DNA of 64,000 nucleotides. Origin: Entomortierella parvispora E1425. Its lineage: Eukaryota; Fungi; Mortierellomycota. The translations under genes and the position numbers were made by a program. How positions within the stretch are numbered: the stretch's first letter is position 1; each line of letters begins with the position of its first letter. Under the pieces are notes generated by a model. The model was not told the DNA's origin and ran no database searches. It was given only the letters and a program-made list of their open reading frames with translations. The stretch is taken from the NCBI GenBank assembly GCA_020891255.1, contig BQFW01000008.1, positions 682,001 to 746,000 of the forward strand, read 5' to 3'. This document shows, piece by piece, positions 1 to 13,576 of this stretch.

Positions 1-718
1 TTTTGACCAGCATTACATTCCTTTTCTCGACTTCACTCCGCCCACGCTTGTCCACGGACTACGGACTGAAAGAAAAAAGTGAGAGCCAGCAGTTCGTTCC
101 GGTCCCTGCGGTGCCTGTCCACATCGCTGCCCAAGCTCGCCACACATTGGTCTCCTGTCCAATAATAACCCCACACACGCCCCGCCTGCAGCGTCTTTGC
201 TTCTTTTTGCGCAACGGCCTTTTATTAAGCGTCCAGCTGTTTGATTGCCAATTTATTGGTCCAACGGGGGTTCTTCCTTCTCGTCTTTTCTTGGTTTCGA
301 GTCTTTCAGTCTTCCTCCTCTCTCTCTTCTTCCTCTTCATCTCTAGCACTCTCTCCATCCACTCCTTCCGCTCTCCCTCCCACTCTCGCCTCTGGCTCCA
401 CCCACCCGTCTCTCGGATCCACTCACCCTCCAGCAACGCCCACTGGCCACCGTCCTTCCTCTTGCGCTTGACCCTCCACCACAACGAGGCTTTGTCTTGA
501 CACTGTTGTTGTGTTATCTTTGTCTGCTCTCATCCCGGCGCTTCCGTTCATTTATTACTTTTCTTTCCCTCGAGTCGTCTCCCTCGCACAAGCAATTGCA
601 CTGACGGATCTTTTTTGGACACAGGCCTTTTCCTCCCCTGTGTCTCTTTTCTGACGTGAACGTCGAGCAAAAAGCAAGCTTCTTTTTTTTTTTCTTCCTC
701 CTCTTTTTCTTCTTCATC

Positions 719-1273
719 ATGCCTTCTTCTTCCGACTACACCTCGTACTCTCCCAGTTCATCGTCGTCACTCACCATCATTGCATCACCCGCACCCTCTT
801 ACGTCTCGACCCACCTACCCTCGAAACTCAAGGCGTTCTTCAAGTTTGGGAGCAGCGGGAGCAACAACAGCAACCGCAAGTATCTGTCCAAGGACCCGTT
901 TGACCCCCACGCACCGCACCCGCACGACCTGTCCTCTTCCTTGCCCTCGTCTCCTCAAGTTCCGTCCCGTAACAACACCAACCGCAAGTCTGTAAGTACA
1001 ACAGCCCAGGGAAAGCATCCCATCCACGGCAACACCATGACAGGAGCACACCGAGAAAGGGGACAGATGATAGTCAGGACAGACAGGACAGACAGGACAG
1101 ACAGGACAGACAGGACAGACAGGACAGACAGGACAGAGAGACAAAAGACAGGCAGGAACAGCCAACGGCACATCGCGCAAATCGATATTGACCGCACAGT
1201 TCATCCACACGTCGGTGAAACAGACAGCGATCAGGACCCTCGCTCTCAGTTTGTTTCTCCCTTCCTTTCAAGG

Positions 1274-1304
<31 letters not shown>

Positions 1305-3791
1305 GGACTGAAGGGACAAACAGACGACCATGAGTCGCACCCGTCTGCCCATCCATCCATCTCTCTCTTCATGCAAGTCAGCACCCCCCCATCCACCCAC
1401 CCCCTCGCTCTCTTTTTTCTACTTCACTTCTGCTCCACCCCATCCCTCCATGTCAACAAACAGGCCGCATTGCCATCGCGCTACTGTCCCTGTCCCTGTC
1501 CCTGTCCCTGACCCTGACCCAGCTGTCACTGCCCGGAAAAGACGAAAAGACGGAAAATCAAACTATTAATACGTGCACACAGCGAGAAAGAAGCGAAAAG
1601 GAACAAAAAAGGCACCCACTCGGCTGATTCCTTTCTCCACCCACACCCACACCCACTCACTCGCTCACTCGCTCAGCCCATTCCCGCCCATTGTCCTTGC
1701 TCCCCTTCTCTCTCTCATTCTCTCTCTCCTTCTCTCCTTCTCTCATTCAAACAATACCACCGCCATGCAGCTACTAACCTGGTCCCTGTCTCTCGTCCCC
1801 TCCTCCGCGGAATCGACACAGTTCCTTAGACGAGCTGCCTCAACCCCTGCACTGGACGAGCCAAAGCAAAAAGGAAACAAGGGCTCAAGCGCCAACAGTC
1901 ACTTGGGAACCTATAATCCATCCTCACCCGCCGCAAGATCCAACTCGACTCTCAGCTCCACAATGACCGCCACCACAGCCACCACAGCCAACTACCTCAA
2001 CGCCAAGCTCAACGGACTTCACCTCAACATCCCCAATAGTCCCAATGGCTCGACGCTGGATCTGCGACGCGCTGGCAACTTTAGAAGGACATACTCATCA
2101 AACTCTATCAAGAAGCGATCTATTGAGGTGACCCCAAGTAGCTTTGTCAAGATCAGACTTTTAGGCAAAGGCGACGTGGGAAGGGTGTACCTCGTCCGAC
2201 AAAAGGACACGGAGAGGCTGTACGCGATGAAAGGTATTGTCCCCCACGCTGGAGCGATTGCATCCCGTTACCCTTTTTTTTTTTTTTTTTTTGTTCTTTT
2301 TTCTGCAATGTTCTCCCTCCACCTCCAGTAAGGGTTGCATTTCCACGGATCCGATAAGGATCCTTTGATCACTTGCCCTGGCACTAACGTTTGTTATCTG
2401 CCTTTATGGACTAGTCTTGTCAAAGAAGGAGATGATCAAGCGAAACAAGATCAAGCGCGCGTTCGCGGAGCAGGAGATTCTGGCAACATCCAACCATCCC
2501 TTCATTGTCACGCTCTTCCATTCCTTCCAGTCAGAGGACTACCTCTATCTTTGCATGGAGTACTGCATGGGAGGCGAGTTCTTTCGAGGTAAACAGAGGC
2601 GCGCCATCAGACCAGATCTTGAGTTGGGCATGTTGCGCCTGTCCCCGACAGCCATCTAATAGAATGAATGCCCCTGATCTATCACCATAGCCTTGCAAAC
2701 TCGACCTGGAAAATGTCTAAAAGAGGATGATGCCAAGTTTTACGCAGCAGAAGTTATTGCTGCATTAGAATATCTCCATCTGATGGGATTCATTTACCGC
2801 GATCTCAAGCCAGAAAGTACGCTCCTTGCAACCGTTGTTGTGTTTTGCAAGACTGTTCGGGATCTTTTGTTCTAACTATTCAACTATTTTCATGTTTCTT
2901 AGATATTCTCTTACATCAGACTGGTCATATCATGTTGACGGATTTCGACTTGTCAAAACAGTCTTTGCCAGCAGGAGACCCAACAGTGGTCATGAATGCG
3001 ATCCCATCCATGCCGCCGGCAATTGATACCAAAGCGTGCATTGCTGGCTTAAGAACAAACAGCTTTGTGGGCACAGAAGGTACACTGGGAATGAGACTTC
3101 ATCTTGCAGAAAAGATGAAGCGAGGGGGTAGAAGAATATGTTCTAACACAAACTTAATTCCTCGTATCTCGAATAGAATATATTGCACCAGAGGTGATCA
3201 AAGGAACAGGACATACCTCTGCAGTGGACTGGTGGACATTGGGTATTCTCATGTATGAGATGCTCTTTGGTGTTACCCCGTTCAAAGGCAACGATAGAAA
3301 CCAGACTTTTGACGCTGTTCTCCACCGCGACATCCCGTTTCCAGAACACGCGGGATCTCAGACGACCTCAGCACTCTGCAAGGATGTTATTCGAAAGCTT
3401 TTGATAAAGGATGAGCAATTCCGACTAGGATCTGGCGCTGGCGCCAGTGATGTCAAATCGCACGCGTTTTTCAAAACAACCAACTGGGCCCTGCTCCGCC
3501 ACCTGACGCCACCGATTGTTCCGGCGCAGAGCTTCGGAGCGGACGCGATCAACTTCCGAAAGATGCAGGAGAGTATGAGCTTGGATATGGACCACGAGGA
3601 GCTCGTCCTGCAACAACCAGGAACCAAGAACTTGTTTGCGAACTTTAGTTCAGGTACGTGTGCACTTTTCTTCTTGTCAAACGATTCTGTTTGTATTCTC
3701 CCTGAAAACAACGGAAGACTTATCATGTATTCTTGTTTGCACCTTTCTTCTTATAGTCACTCTGCACCATGATGGCGACGATGACATGTAA
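719..3791 (+). CDS. AGC-family Ser/Thr kinase, Nrc-2/Fpk1/Kin82-like (7 exons)
   Basis: Exons 719-991, 1822-2233, 2415-2588, 2691-2816, 2903-3079, 3177-3653, 3757-3791 join in phase at GT-AG sites. Motifs [26 protein letters not shown] (DFD instead of DFG, typical of this subfamily), GTEEYIAPE and VDWWTLG. Confidence 0.92.
1075..1137. repeat. (CAGGACAGA)x7 tandem repeat in kinase intron 1
   Basis: Seven perfect 9-bp units; (GA)n and (CCCTGT)n microsatellites lie in the same intron. Confidence 0.9.
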
Positions 3792-5639
3792 ACAAGCGCA
3801 AAAATCGTCTTTGCTAACACCTTTACGTGCACTGAAGCGAAATAGTGGCGTTCGCAGTCGCGCCATTTAACGATACCATCTTCGACAATACTTTCTTTCC
3901 TTATTTTTTTTTTGCTAAAACCCACTCACCCACCATCTTCCCGCCTTGTACTTTTACAGTCTTTTACCCTTACTATTACCATACCTCAGACTGAACCCAC
4001 TTACACCCCTCTAGCAACTGCATAGTTTCTGAGGCTCATTAAATGGCTCGACTTTTATCCCGAGCTGAAAACATTTTTTCTTTCTTTGTGTTGCTTCCTG
4101 TGAATGTCTTTTGTGACCTCGTGCAACCATTGCAACGGGGTTTTAGGTTCTTTGTGCCTGGAGTAGTCTAGTCAAAAGGTACACAGTATATGAAGAAAAG
4201 ATCTGCAGGTAAGCAACATGTGCGGTACTTTCGGAACCATGGAAGAAAGAAAAAATGCAGGAACGGAGCGATTGGAAAGATGGAAGCGGGTTCACAGGAA
4301 AAAGAGAGAAAAAAAAATTGAGAGCCTTTAACTTTGGGTCGCACTTGGAGGTTTGAGCTCTTTTCGAAGAGATAGATGGACGGAGGGCGAAGAAGAAAAA
4401 GAGGGTGCTCTTCAGCCCTAGCCTTCAACATGGCTGTTCAAAACTTCCGAGGAGAAAAACAAAAACAGCAGAAAAAACAGAAGAAAAAAAAAGAAGGGCT
4501 GATGGTGGGCGAATGGGTTGCCATGCCACCTTGAGGGGCACCCATCTAGAGCGTGGGGATTTTTCATCCTGCACCCTTTTAGTTGTCTTGATCCGGCAAC
4601 ACGGGTCAGGTTCGTGGAAGAAGGGTAGAGGTGGCATGCTGCAGATCACACTTTGGCGGGATCTCTTGTTTTCGCACCAAAAAAAGGAGTCGCTGCTTGA
4701 CAAAGTAGCGAGAAGGGAAGCGCTGGCTTGCTGACGGAATACATTCATTGCCCAATGGCAAAGTCGCGTTGTTCATGGTGCAGATCTTGGGCTGGGCTTT
4801 GAGCACTATTGATACTCATTCGGACTAAACAGGAATATTGTGATTTTGTCATTTTTTTTTTCTTGAGCTGCGGTGCAACAAAACTCCTCCAGGTCCACAG
4901 CATTCGCCCTCAGATGTAGAAGAAAATGGACACGAAACCATATGTGAGGCAAAGTGAACAAGCGCTGGAGCATCTTGGCAAAAAGTTTTTCATTGATCGA
5001 CCCTTCTTGACCATCGGAGTCAGAGCTAAACTAAAGAGTAGAGGCAAATGACCATTCAAAAGGGAGAGCAGCAGGCAGGGTCGACTGTTGGTATGTCAAT
5101 GGCATGAGAGATCGCCTTTTTTTTTACTGCTCCGCCAATGTGCCGCGCTGACACGCCCCCGTTTTTCCCTTCCAATGCTCAATGTCCTTCATGGCTCCAC
5201 CATGAGCCTCAGTCACGGCCTTCGTATTTTCTCACTCATGACCGCTTTGCTCCTCGGGGCGAAAGAGGGGCTGGAGGGTTCTGGTCGTCTGTTCGATTTG
5301 CCCTTCCGTTCTTTGGTTGGTTGGCCAGAGTTTGTTTTGTTGGCAGGACTGGCTGGCGGAGGGTGTCTGTGGGTTTGTTGTTGTCGTGTCAATCCTCTAT
5401 AAAAATGCAGGACTTGTCTGCGTGCCCTTGCATCGCCTCCTTCACATTCCCTTTTTTTCCCAGTCTTTTTTCTCCTTCCTCTCCTTCATTTTTCTTTACT
5501 TCCTTTCTTTCTTTCTTTCCATTTCTTTTTCAACACATATACCCAGCTGACCCGTCTACTCACGTTCCTTGCATTGTTTTTTTCCTCATCATCTCATTCT
5601 CCTCATTGTAACATTCTCCCCATAACATATCCCATCGAC

Positions 5640-7527
5640 ATGACATTGCGCGACAATCTGATCGCCGCCGGCTCCGTCGCCACTTTGGCCCTCTTGGTAA
5701 GCAAAATACCGGACCTTTGCAACGAGCGCACCAACGAAATGTCGTAATGAGCCTCTTTTAAAAATGATGAATGGGACCCTGACCGCTGTTTTTCCTATCT
5801 TCATTCTGCAATCTTTTCGTTTCCTCATAGCTGGCTTCGTTTGTTGGCGTTGACTTTAGCCATCCTCCTCCTCAGCACATATCGCCTGTGACAGGATTCC
5901 CGACCTGGCATCAAGATTATGTCCGTAAGTGTCTTTTCTGCGCCTCCTATTCTCGTATTTGCCACCATGGACATTTCCATCTGCGTCATGGTCCACAGCC
6001 GAAAGCTGATCACCGACTAGCAGGCACAGCCATTTGAAGAAAGGATGTACCGATTTTTGAACATGTGGACAGTGCCTCCTCGGAGAAAAGAATTCCTTTA
6101 GAGCCGTGGCGAAGTAGAGTTGAAGAGGCGCCCGCCACCAAACGAGAATCAGCAAAAGTATGACTCTCAGACTCCAAACAAAAGCTCTTTTTCTTTGCTC
6201 ATCCGAATTTTTTTTGGTTTTTTTTTTTCCATTCCTTTCCATAGATGAGACTCGGGAAGTTACATTCTCTTTCACGCTCTTGGCCCTTCTCTTCAGCACC
6301 GGCGCTGCCTTTGCAGCCCATAGATCCGTCCGTAACCCTTCTCGATCATTGACGGGATTCGTGACCCTTCAGACGGGTATTGAAAATGCGTCGACTCAGA
6401 TCAACCAATTCATTCTTATCTACATTGACGCCACCTGGATCGCTATCATTGCCTATATGTTCTTGGATGTGGGCAAGATCTGGGCTGTGGTTGGCGCTCT
6501 TCACAACTTGCTCGAAGTCGCCCTGTTGATCTTGTTGCAGTCTGGAGGTCGCGTCAACAGCATGTCCTTTGGTCTCTACATGTTCCTGTACGTGTGCGTC
6601 ACGATCCTGTTGAGTGTCTACCTTCAGTGGCCCTTGGACGCCGTCTTTTTCCGCTGGCAGGGACTCTGCTCCGACTTTGGATTGATCGTGGTCTTTGTCA
6701 GGACTTACTTCTCGACCAAGAAGCAGCTCAGTGCCTTTGGATCGCCCGATCGCCACGACCTGCAATTGGCCAAGGCTCAGCAGGCCGCCGACATGTTGGA
6801 GCAACAACAGCTCCAGCAGCAGTTGCACCCAGTGGCCTCGTCCTCCCTCCAATCCGCGACCATGACGCCTCCCGCCTCAGCCGCAGCCTCGCCTGCAGAT
6901 GGACGCCACCACCCTTTGCATCACTTGCACCCCAACTGGAAAAAGTTTGTTGCCCGTGCGCCCTCTCCCGCAGGCAACGGCAGTGACGATTCTGATGCCG
7001 AGAATGCTTCCGCAGGTCTTCCCAGCTCCTTCCGTCATCACCAAGAACGTCGTCAACAACATACCAACTCGACCTTGACCCCCGAATCTGCTCATTCCTC
7101 CCGTCTTGGTGGCGGTGAGACTGTGATCGAGGTGGTCAATCCCTCCACCCATGCCAAGGTCTCGGTCGTGGCCCTGAACAACGATTCCCAGATCTGGGGA
7201 GTACAATGGAAGAACCCTGAGCAGCTGTTGCTGTTGGTCGCTGCGGCCATTTTCCATGTGATTGGTAACTGTGTGACCACGATCTGGATTACCAACCTGT
7301 ACGCGATGGCGGTCTTCCAAATCTCGTACGGTGTATCGTTCCCTCTGTATGCCTACTACCTCTATGTTGACAACCATGCGTTGAGACAAACCAAGGTCTA
7401 CTTGCCCGACTTCAAGAGCAAGGTCAAGAACCTTACGGGTTTCAGCTTGGCTCTCATTGGCGCCACAGCGACGGTCAGGGCTGGACTCTATGTTGCCACC
7501 CAGACTGCCTCCCAGGGATTGCTGTAA
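5640..7527 (+). CDS. Multipass (about 7-8 TM) membrane protein of unknown function; 5' exons uncertain
   Basis: Long open exon ~6245-7527 with hydrophobic segments and a long Q/S/H-rich loop. Putative first exon 5640-5696 ends in GTAAGC; I could not fully phase the intermediate exons. Confidence 0.65.
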
Positions 7528-10028
7528 AACATGTTGGAGCTATAGCCCTACGTAAAGAACATTGAAATTCAAGCAGAACGCTCGGGTTGAATACCTCACA
7601 TCATCAAGCAAAAAAAGTGATATACAAATATGTACAGAAACAATAAAAGCCATCATTCATTCTTGACTGCATTCTGACCCTAGGGTTGAGGCTGAGGGAG
7701 TACAAAACGATGGCTGAGCATCAAGCCAGGGCTCAACCCATTCAATGTCTCGTGACACATATTCTTTTCACAGTTTTTTGCTATCTGACTGCTTCCGTCG
7801 GTTTGATATGATGAAAGGGTGAGAGGGACGCGTCGCTTCGTTCTTGAAGCGATTATCGGCACTTTTGACAGTCTCTTCTTCGCGCCGCCAACCGTTTCGG
7901 AAGAATGTTTCCCGAACCACTTCCGTGGGAGCGTCGCGTCAAAAAAAAAAGATAATCTTACGAATCTAGCGTTACATCAAACCAGGAGAGACAGGGTCCA
8001 AGATCTTGGGACGATGATAATGCACGTAAAACGAGGTACAGGCGAATACAACCGCTGGGTCAATAAACAAACCGCAAGAAAAGAATAGAGCAAAGGGACC
8101 ATCTCATTCAATTGCTTCCTTAATTGAGAGAGCCATTGTCGAATGACCCATTCGCGTTTACTTTCCTAGAGGATGTTGGCCCCATTTGCTTTTTTTTCTT
8201 CTTTTTACAATAACGGACATTGCTCGTTCAGTTCAGTTCAGTTCAGTCAATCCCCCTGACCCTTCGGCCCATTTCCACTCGTTCATCGGATAACCTGATA
8301 ACGGCAGTTTGTGTCCACTGATTAGTTTTGTTTGGCCACTCGCCTTTCGAATCGGGTTAAGGCGGGGTCCACATATCGATGGCTAGAGACCTTTTTCGGC
8401 AAGGCGTTGAGCGAAAGAGGTAGAGACATGGAGGACCCTGTTGACAGAACAATGAAAAGTGAGCTTCTGATTAGATCAATCGTATGTGGTCTTTCTCTCC
8501 ATTGTGGGGGCTCTTCCTTTTTGTCCTCGGTTGTTGACTGGCTATCCCTGCATTCATCGTCATCCATCAACAGAGATATAAACCACTCTTGTCCCTGAAC
8601 AAAAAGCCAGGCCAGCTATTTGGGTGCTCTGGACTCGTGGGGATGTAGATCCTTATCCGCGATGAAAAGGCCATGCAGTGAATAGCCAATACCGTCTCTT
8701 TGGCTTGCAGAAGGTAGCTCAGGCGTCGATTTTTTGCCAGGATGTGTTTGTTTGTGGTATGGATAAACCTGGAGCTGTTGGACAGAAAAAAAAAGATAAC
8801 TTTAACGTGCATGTCGTCTCGGTCCAGTTCAACATTGTTTTCTCAAACTCTCTCCCCACTGTTTTCTTTCCCCGGTCCAATGTTTTCGTTTTCTCGTCGT
8901 TCCTGGACAGGATGTTGGCTGATGGTTAGGATGCTGCTGCGTTTCTGATTTATGATGGCCCATCATCGAAGGCTGCCTGCGAATTTCTTCTCTTGGTCGT
9001 GTGAGGGTCGGAGAAACAGAGTCTGGCAGGAAACACAGCACACCTTAGGATTTTTTTTGTTGCATGCGGGCACAATGGTGTAGCGCCCGATAGCCACTTT
9101 TTTTTTTTACTTTGTCAACCCCTCAACAGAGAGCCGTGGGTCGATATGATAGAGTTCTGACTCTCTTTTGTCCACCACATCCTCTTTGTGTTCTCTTTGC
9201 ACACAGAGCAAGGATCGGATTGGTAGCGGGTCATGTTCAAGGGTCCATGCGCTCTTTCTCTTTCTCCCCAACAGGAACATGCATCTTCCGATCGCGTCTC
9301 GTGTCAAATTGAATCCATTTTATGTTTTATTGCCTTTTCTTCTCCATTTTGCCCATAATCATCCAGCGTCATTCGCTCTCCAATCACAACGTTATCAGTG
9401 AGCATTGTACGACCGCCTTGTGCAGGGCGAGCCTTTTAGTCCGTGGGGGGTTGGGGTACAATCGTAACCTTCATCTCAAAATCTTTGATTTTTGGACAGG
9501 CGAGTTGATTGTTTTTTACCCTGCTGGGAAAATAGGTTAGGTCGCGTTCCTGGATTTCCCTGCATTGGGTTGTAAGGTTCAACGAGACAGGTCAACCCTT
9601 CTTGCTCTCGGACCTTTGGGATGGGGCCTGGTGTAATGGTGATAACGGGCCGTCCAAACGAAAGCGGATGAATGAAGAATGAAATAAGTGAATGAATCCT
9701 TGGCTAATTCAAACAATCTGAACTCTTGGCTGGAGTTAGCCTGATTACCAACGGCATTGCAATTGAATTGTTTGTCAACAGTGGTTAAACACGACAGTGA
9801 GAGTTCAGGGGAAAGGTAACTGGGCCCTTGGGCACTTTTCCCAATGCCTCTTGCCATCCGGGTATAAGTACGACCCTCCAAAGCCGGATTGGGTCCAACT
9901 TCTTTTTTTTCTTTTCTCAACAACCGCCTCTGCCTGTTCAACCAGCCACCTACCCCCCTCTCTCCTTTCCCTTTTCCCTTTCTTCCCCATCGTTCGATCG
10001 AAGAAAAAGTCCAAGACATCTCTTCGCA

Positions 10029-11941
10029 ATGAAGTTTTCCCTCTTCTCATCGTTGGCCGTGGCCTTTGCCATCGCCACCGTCTCGGCCGCGCCAATTGAG
10101 AAACGCGCGACTGACAACAACAAAGTTGTCGGATACTGGGTTCCCTGGGGTGATGTACCCGTCGCTGACCTCGACATGACCCAGTACACCCACATCAACT
10201 AGTAAGTCCTCTCTCCTTTTCTTGTCCCAATGAACCAATTGCTAAAAAAAAACTAGACAAAGGTTTTCTCACATTTTTTTCTTTCTTTCTTAAAATGAAT
10301 AGCGGATTTGCTGTCCTGTACAAGGGTGCGGCTGCTCCTACGACCATCACTTTCGATCGCTACTACGACGGTACACCCATGCGTGCTTTGGTTCAGCAAG
10401 GTAACGCTGCCGGCGTTCCCATTCTGATGTCGATCGGAGGATGGACTGGTTCTCAAACCTTCTCGGATGTGGCCGCTAATGCCTCCATGCGTGCGACCTT
10501 CATCAACAACGCCATGGTCTTTGTCCGCAACAACACTTTGCCACTCTATGCTGACACTCCTGATGGTTGGAACATGGATGGTATCGACATTGACTGGTAT
10601 GTGGAGGGTCTTTTTCCTAATCAAAACTTTTTTTTTGTTTGGGTCGCGTGTTTTCTTGGTCGCGTAATCTAATTTGGCGTGAAATTGTGAACAATAGGGA
10701 GTACCCTGGCCGTGCTGGTGCCATTTGCAACGACTACACCCCTCAGGATGCTGCCAACTACTTGATTCTTTTGCAGGAGTTGCGTGCTCAGATGGATCTC
10801 GAGTTCCCCACCATTCACAAGTACCTGACGGCTGCAGTCCGTGTTCAGCCTTGGGATGGTCCCAACGGCCCCATGAGTGATGTTACGGCCTATGTCCAAT
10901 ATCTTGACTGGATCTGTACGTTCAGAGTTGCATTCAGTCGCTTCATGGCCCTCTTTTCTTTCCCATTGTGGTGCTGACGTTTTTTTTTCAATTTATTTTT
11001 TGTAATGAACCTTTATAGCGATCATGGCTTACGACATTATGGGATCCTGGAGCAACACCACTGGGCCCAATGCTCCCTTCAACAACCCTGATTCTCCCGG
11101 TAACCCATACTCGTTCGTTCAGGCCGTCACTGCCTGGAAGAGCGCCGGCTGGCCCCTGAACAAGATGGTTGTCGGTACCGCTTTCTATGGTCGCTCCTTG
11201 ACCACGACCGTCGACATGGACACCCAGAACCCCGTGACCATGTACGTTCCCCACACCGCCACCACCCCCAAGGGAGGTCCCGCCGACACCAACGACGTCA
11301 ACTTTTACTGCAATGAAGGTGCCGTGTACTCTGGCTTGTGGGAGTGGAAGGAATTGCGCACTGGCCCTCTCGCTGGCGGACCCACGACCCCTGCTGCGGG
11401 TTGGACCCGTTACTGGGACAACGGGACCTCGACGCCCTGGTTGTTCAACGCTGCCACGAGCATGTTCATTTCTTATGATGATATCGAGTCGATGACCATC
11501 AAGGTCAACTATGTCAAGGCTCAAGGTATCCTCGGTGTCATGCTCTGGGACATGTCCTACGATTACAACTCAGAGTTGATCACCGTCTTGAACACGGTCC
11601 ACTGCGGCTCCGACTGCCCTACCCCCCCAGTCCAGTCTTCCTCCTCGCCGGCCCAGCCCACGACCACGGTCGCTGCCACCACCACCCAGGCCCCTGTTAC
11701 CACGACCACCCAGGCTGCTGCTACCACCACCACCGCCCCGGCCTCGCCTTCGTCCACGCCCTCGAACCCCGGCACTGGTCAGTGCGCTGGTGTTGCTCCC
11801 TGGAACGCAGCCACCACCTACGCCACTGCTGGCACCAAGGTCACCTACGGAGGTCATCTCTGGACCAACCAATGGTGGACCCAGGGTGATACCCCCACCA
11901 CGACCGCGTACACTGTCTGGACCGACAACGGCCCCTGCTAA
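10029..11941 (+). CDS. Secreted GH18 chitinase with S/T-rich linker and C-terminal CBM5/12 chitin-binding module
   Basis: Exons 10029-10201, 10303-10596, 10698-10915, 11019-11941 in phase. Signal peptide MKFSLFSSLAVAFAIATVSA, SIGGW, catalytic DGIDIDWEYP, MAYD, and C-terminal PWNAATTY...YGGHLWTNQWWTQG. Confidence 0.95.
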
Positions 11942-12721
11942 ATTGAGAGCGACAAGCGAGAGTGACACCCCTTGCAGCTTGATGTTGCCATGGTAATTTC
12001 CTCTCTCTATTTTGTTTTTCATCTTCTCTTCTGAAATGTCATTGTCATTTATTCTGCTCCTGTTCGTCGATCGAACAGCATGCACTCACCACATAACCTC
12101 AAAATAAAAAAAATAAAAAAAAGGTCGCAGAGCGATATCGTTTTTTATTTTTTCATTTCAAAACTGGTCATGAAAAAAAAAAAAAGAAACGGATTTCAAA
12201 ATGGGTATAAAGACCTCCCGAAAGAAAAGAAAAAAGAGTAGGGCGGACCGGGAGATCTGTACCCCGGAAGGGCAAATCCTTTTTCTTGTGAAGGACTTGA
12301 AACTAATATACAAGGCGAGTTGGGAGGGGTCGAAAATGTGCGCGGAAAATATAATACAACTTTGATCAGACCCCCGGCGGTTTCGGATGATCGGGCGAGA
12401 TGGACCGAAAAAAAAAAGTGGGAGGGAGGAACGATGAAGAGAAGAGAGGAGGGGCTGCGCAGGAAAGACAGCCAAGGGCAAGGATCGCATCACCGACGGA
12501 CGCCGGTCAAGCCTCGAAGACAGAGTCGACCGAGAGTGCAGCAAGGGTGCTCAACCTCTCGTGGCCCCTGCTCTGACCCGTAGATAATGGTCGAGTGGTG
12601 AGAAAAGTGTTGCTGCGAATTCATTGGGCGGGTGCGAGGATAGGCCTTGGTGGCGTTTGTGTGTCGTTGTGAGGAGAAGGCGTCCATGGCGGGTGAAGAT
12701 GAGGTGAAGGTGAAGGGAAGA

Positions 12722-12868
12722 GCAAGGTGCAATCAGGCACAAGAGCAAGGTGCAATCAGGCACAAGAGCAAGGTGCAATCAGGCACAAGAGCAAGGTGCA
12801 ATCAGGCACAAGAGCAAGGTGCAATCAGGCACAAGAGCAAGGTGCAATCAGGCACAAGAGCAAGGTGC
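12722..12868. repeat. 23-bp minisatellite (GCAAGGTGCAATCAGGCACAAGA) x6.4
   Basis: Six perfect contiguous units plus 9 bp, with no spacers. Confidence 0.95.
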
Positions 12869-13369
12869 GACAGTGGGAAGCAGTGAAAACAGTTGGAGGA
12901 TGAGGGAAAGAAGTGAAAAAGAACAAAGGGACGGGTATTTATATGACCACAGGCGGAGAGGGAAAAAAACTAAAAAGGACCTCTCCCGCACAGCGCACAT
13001 CGCATCGTCACTTTTGGCTCACAGCGACAGCCCGGGGCTGGGCAAAGGCGACCTTGTTCTGCTTGGAAAAGCCGACTTTGCCTTTGTTTGTTTGTATGAT
13101 GGACATCCTGGTCGACTGTTGTTCTCTTCCCCTCCAGGGCTGTGTGCCTGTCTTGACTTAATTGCTCTCTATACTGCGAAAGAATCTCCTCAAGCGCCCT
13201 TGATCTATTGTATTCATCTCTCTCAATTGTAACCCTAGATATCTTGACATCAACAGCAGCATGGGATGCAAAAAGACAAGTTTTATTATGTCTGGAGATT
13301 ATTGTACATGAGGATTATGATTAATGGAGGATGGGTATGGCGAGGACTGCTTGCCGGGCTAGATTCCAT

Positions 13370-13576
13370 TTAGAGGACAGAGGGACCGCGGATACCAATG
13401 GCGCCCATGTCCTTGAGAAGCGCGAGCTCAACAGCCTTTTCGCGAGACACTTGCGCACTTTGACTGGAAGCAGATCGGGAGACATCCATAGAGGCACGAG
13501 GGGAGTGGGCTGGGGTCGAGGCAGCAGAGGAGGGCGAAGAGGCGGTCATGTTCTGGGAAGACTTGAAGAGAGACAT
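13370..13576 (-). CDS. Microprotein family, divergent member (68 aa, MSLFKSSQN...STPAHSPRASM...GPSVL)
   Basis: Same N-terminal FK and TPxxSPRxS motifs and the helical SREKAVELA segment; TATAAAA ~140 nt upstream. Confidence 0.75.
   Translation of the reverse strand: MSLFKSSQNMTASSPSSAASTPAHSPRASMDVSRSASSQSAQVSREKAVELALLKDMGAIGIRGPSVL

Noticed and set aside
3-500. Overlapping ORFs at the window start
   Set aside because: CT-rich promoter/5' UTR of the kinase; the translations are low-complexity.
656-1333. Stand-alone 225-aa ORF
   Set aside because: Its first part is kinase exon 1; the rest is intron with microsatellites.
12722-12868. CRISPR-like array
   Set aside because: Units are contiguous with no unique spacers, there are no cas genes, and the context is eukaryotic.
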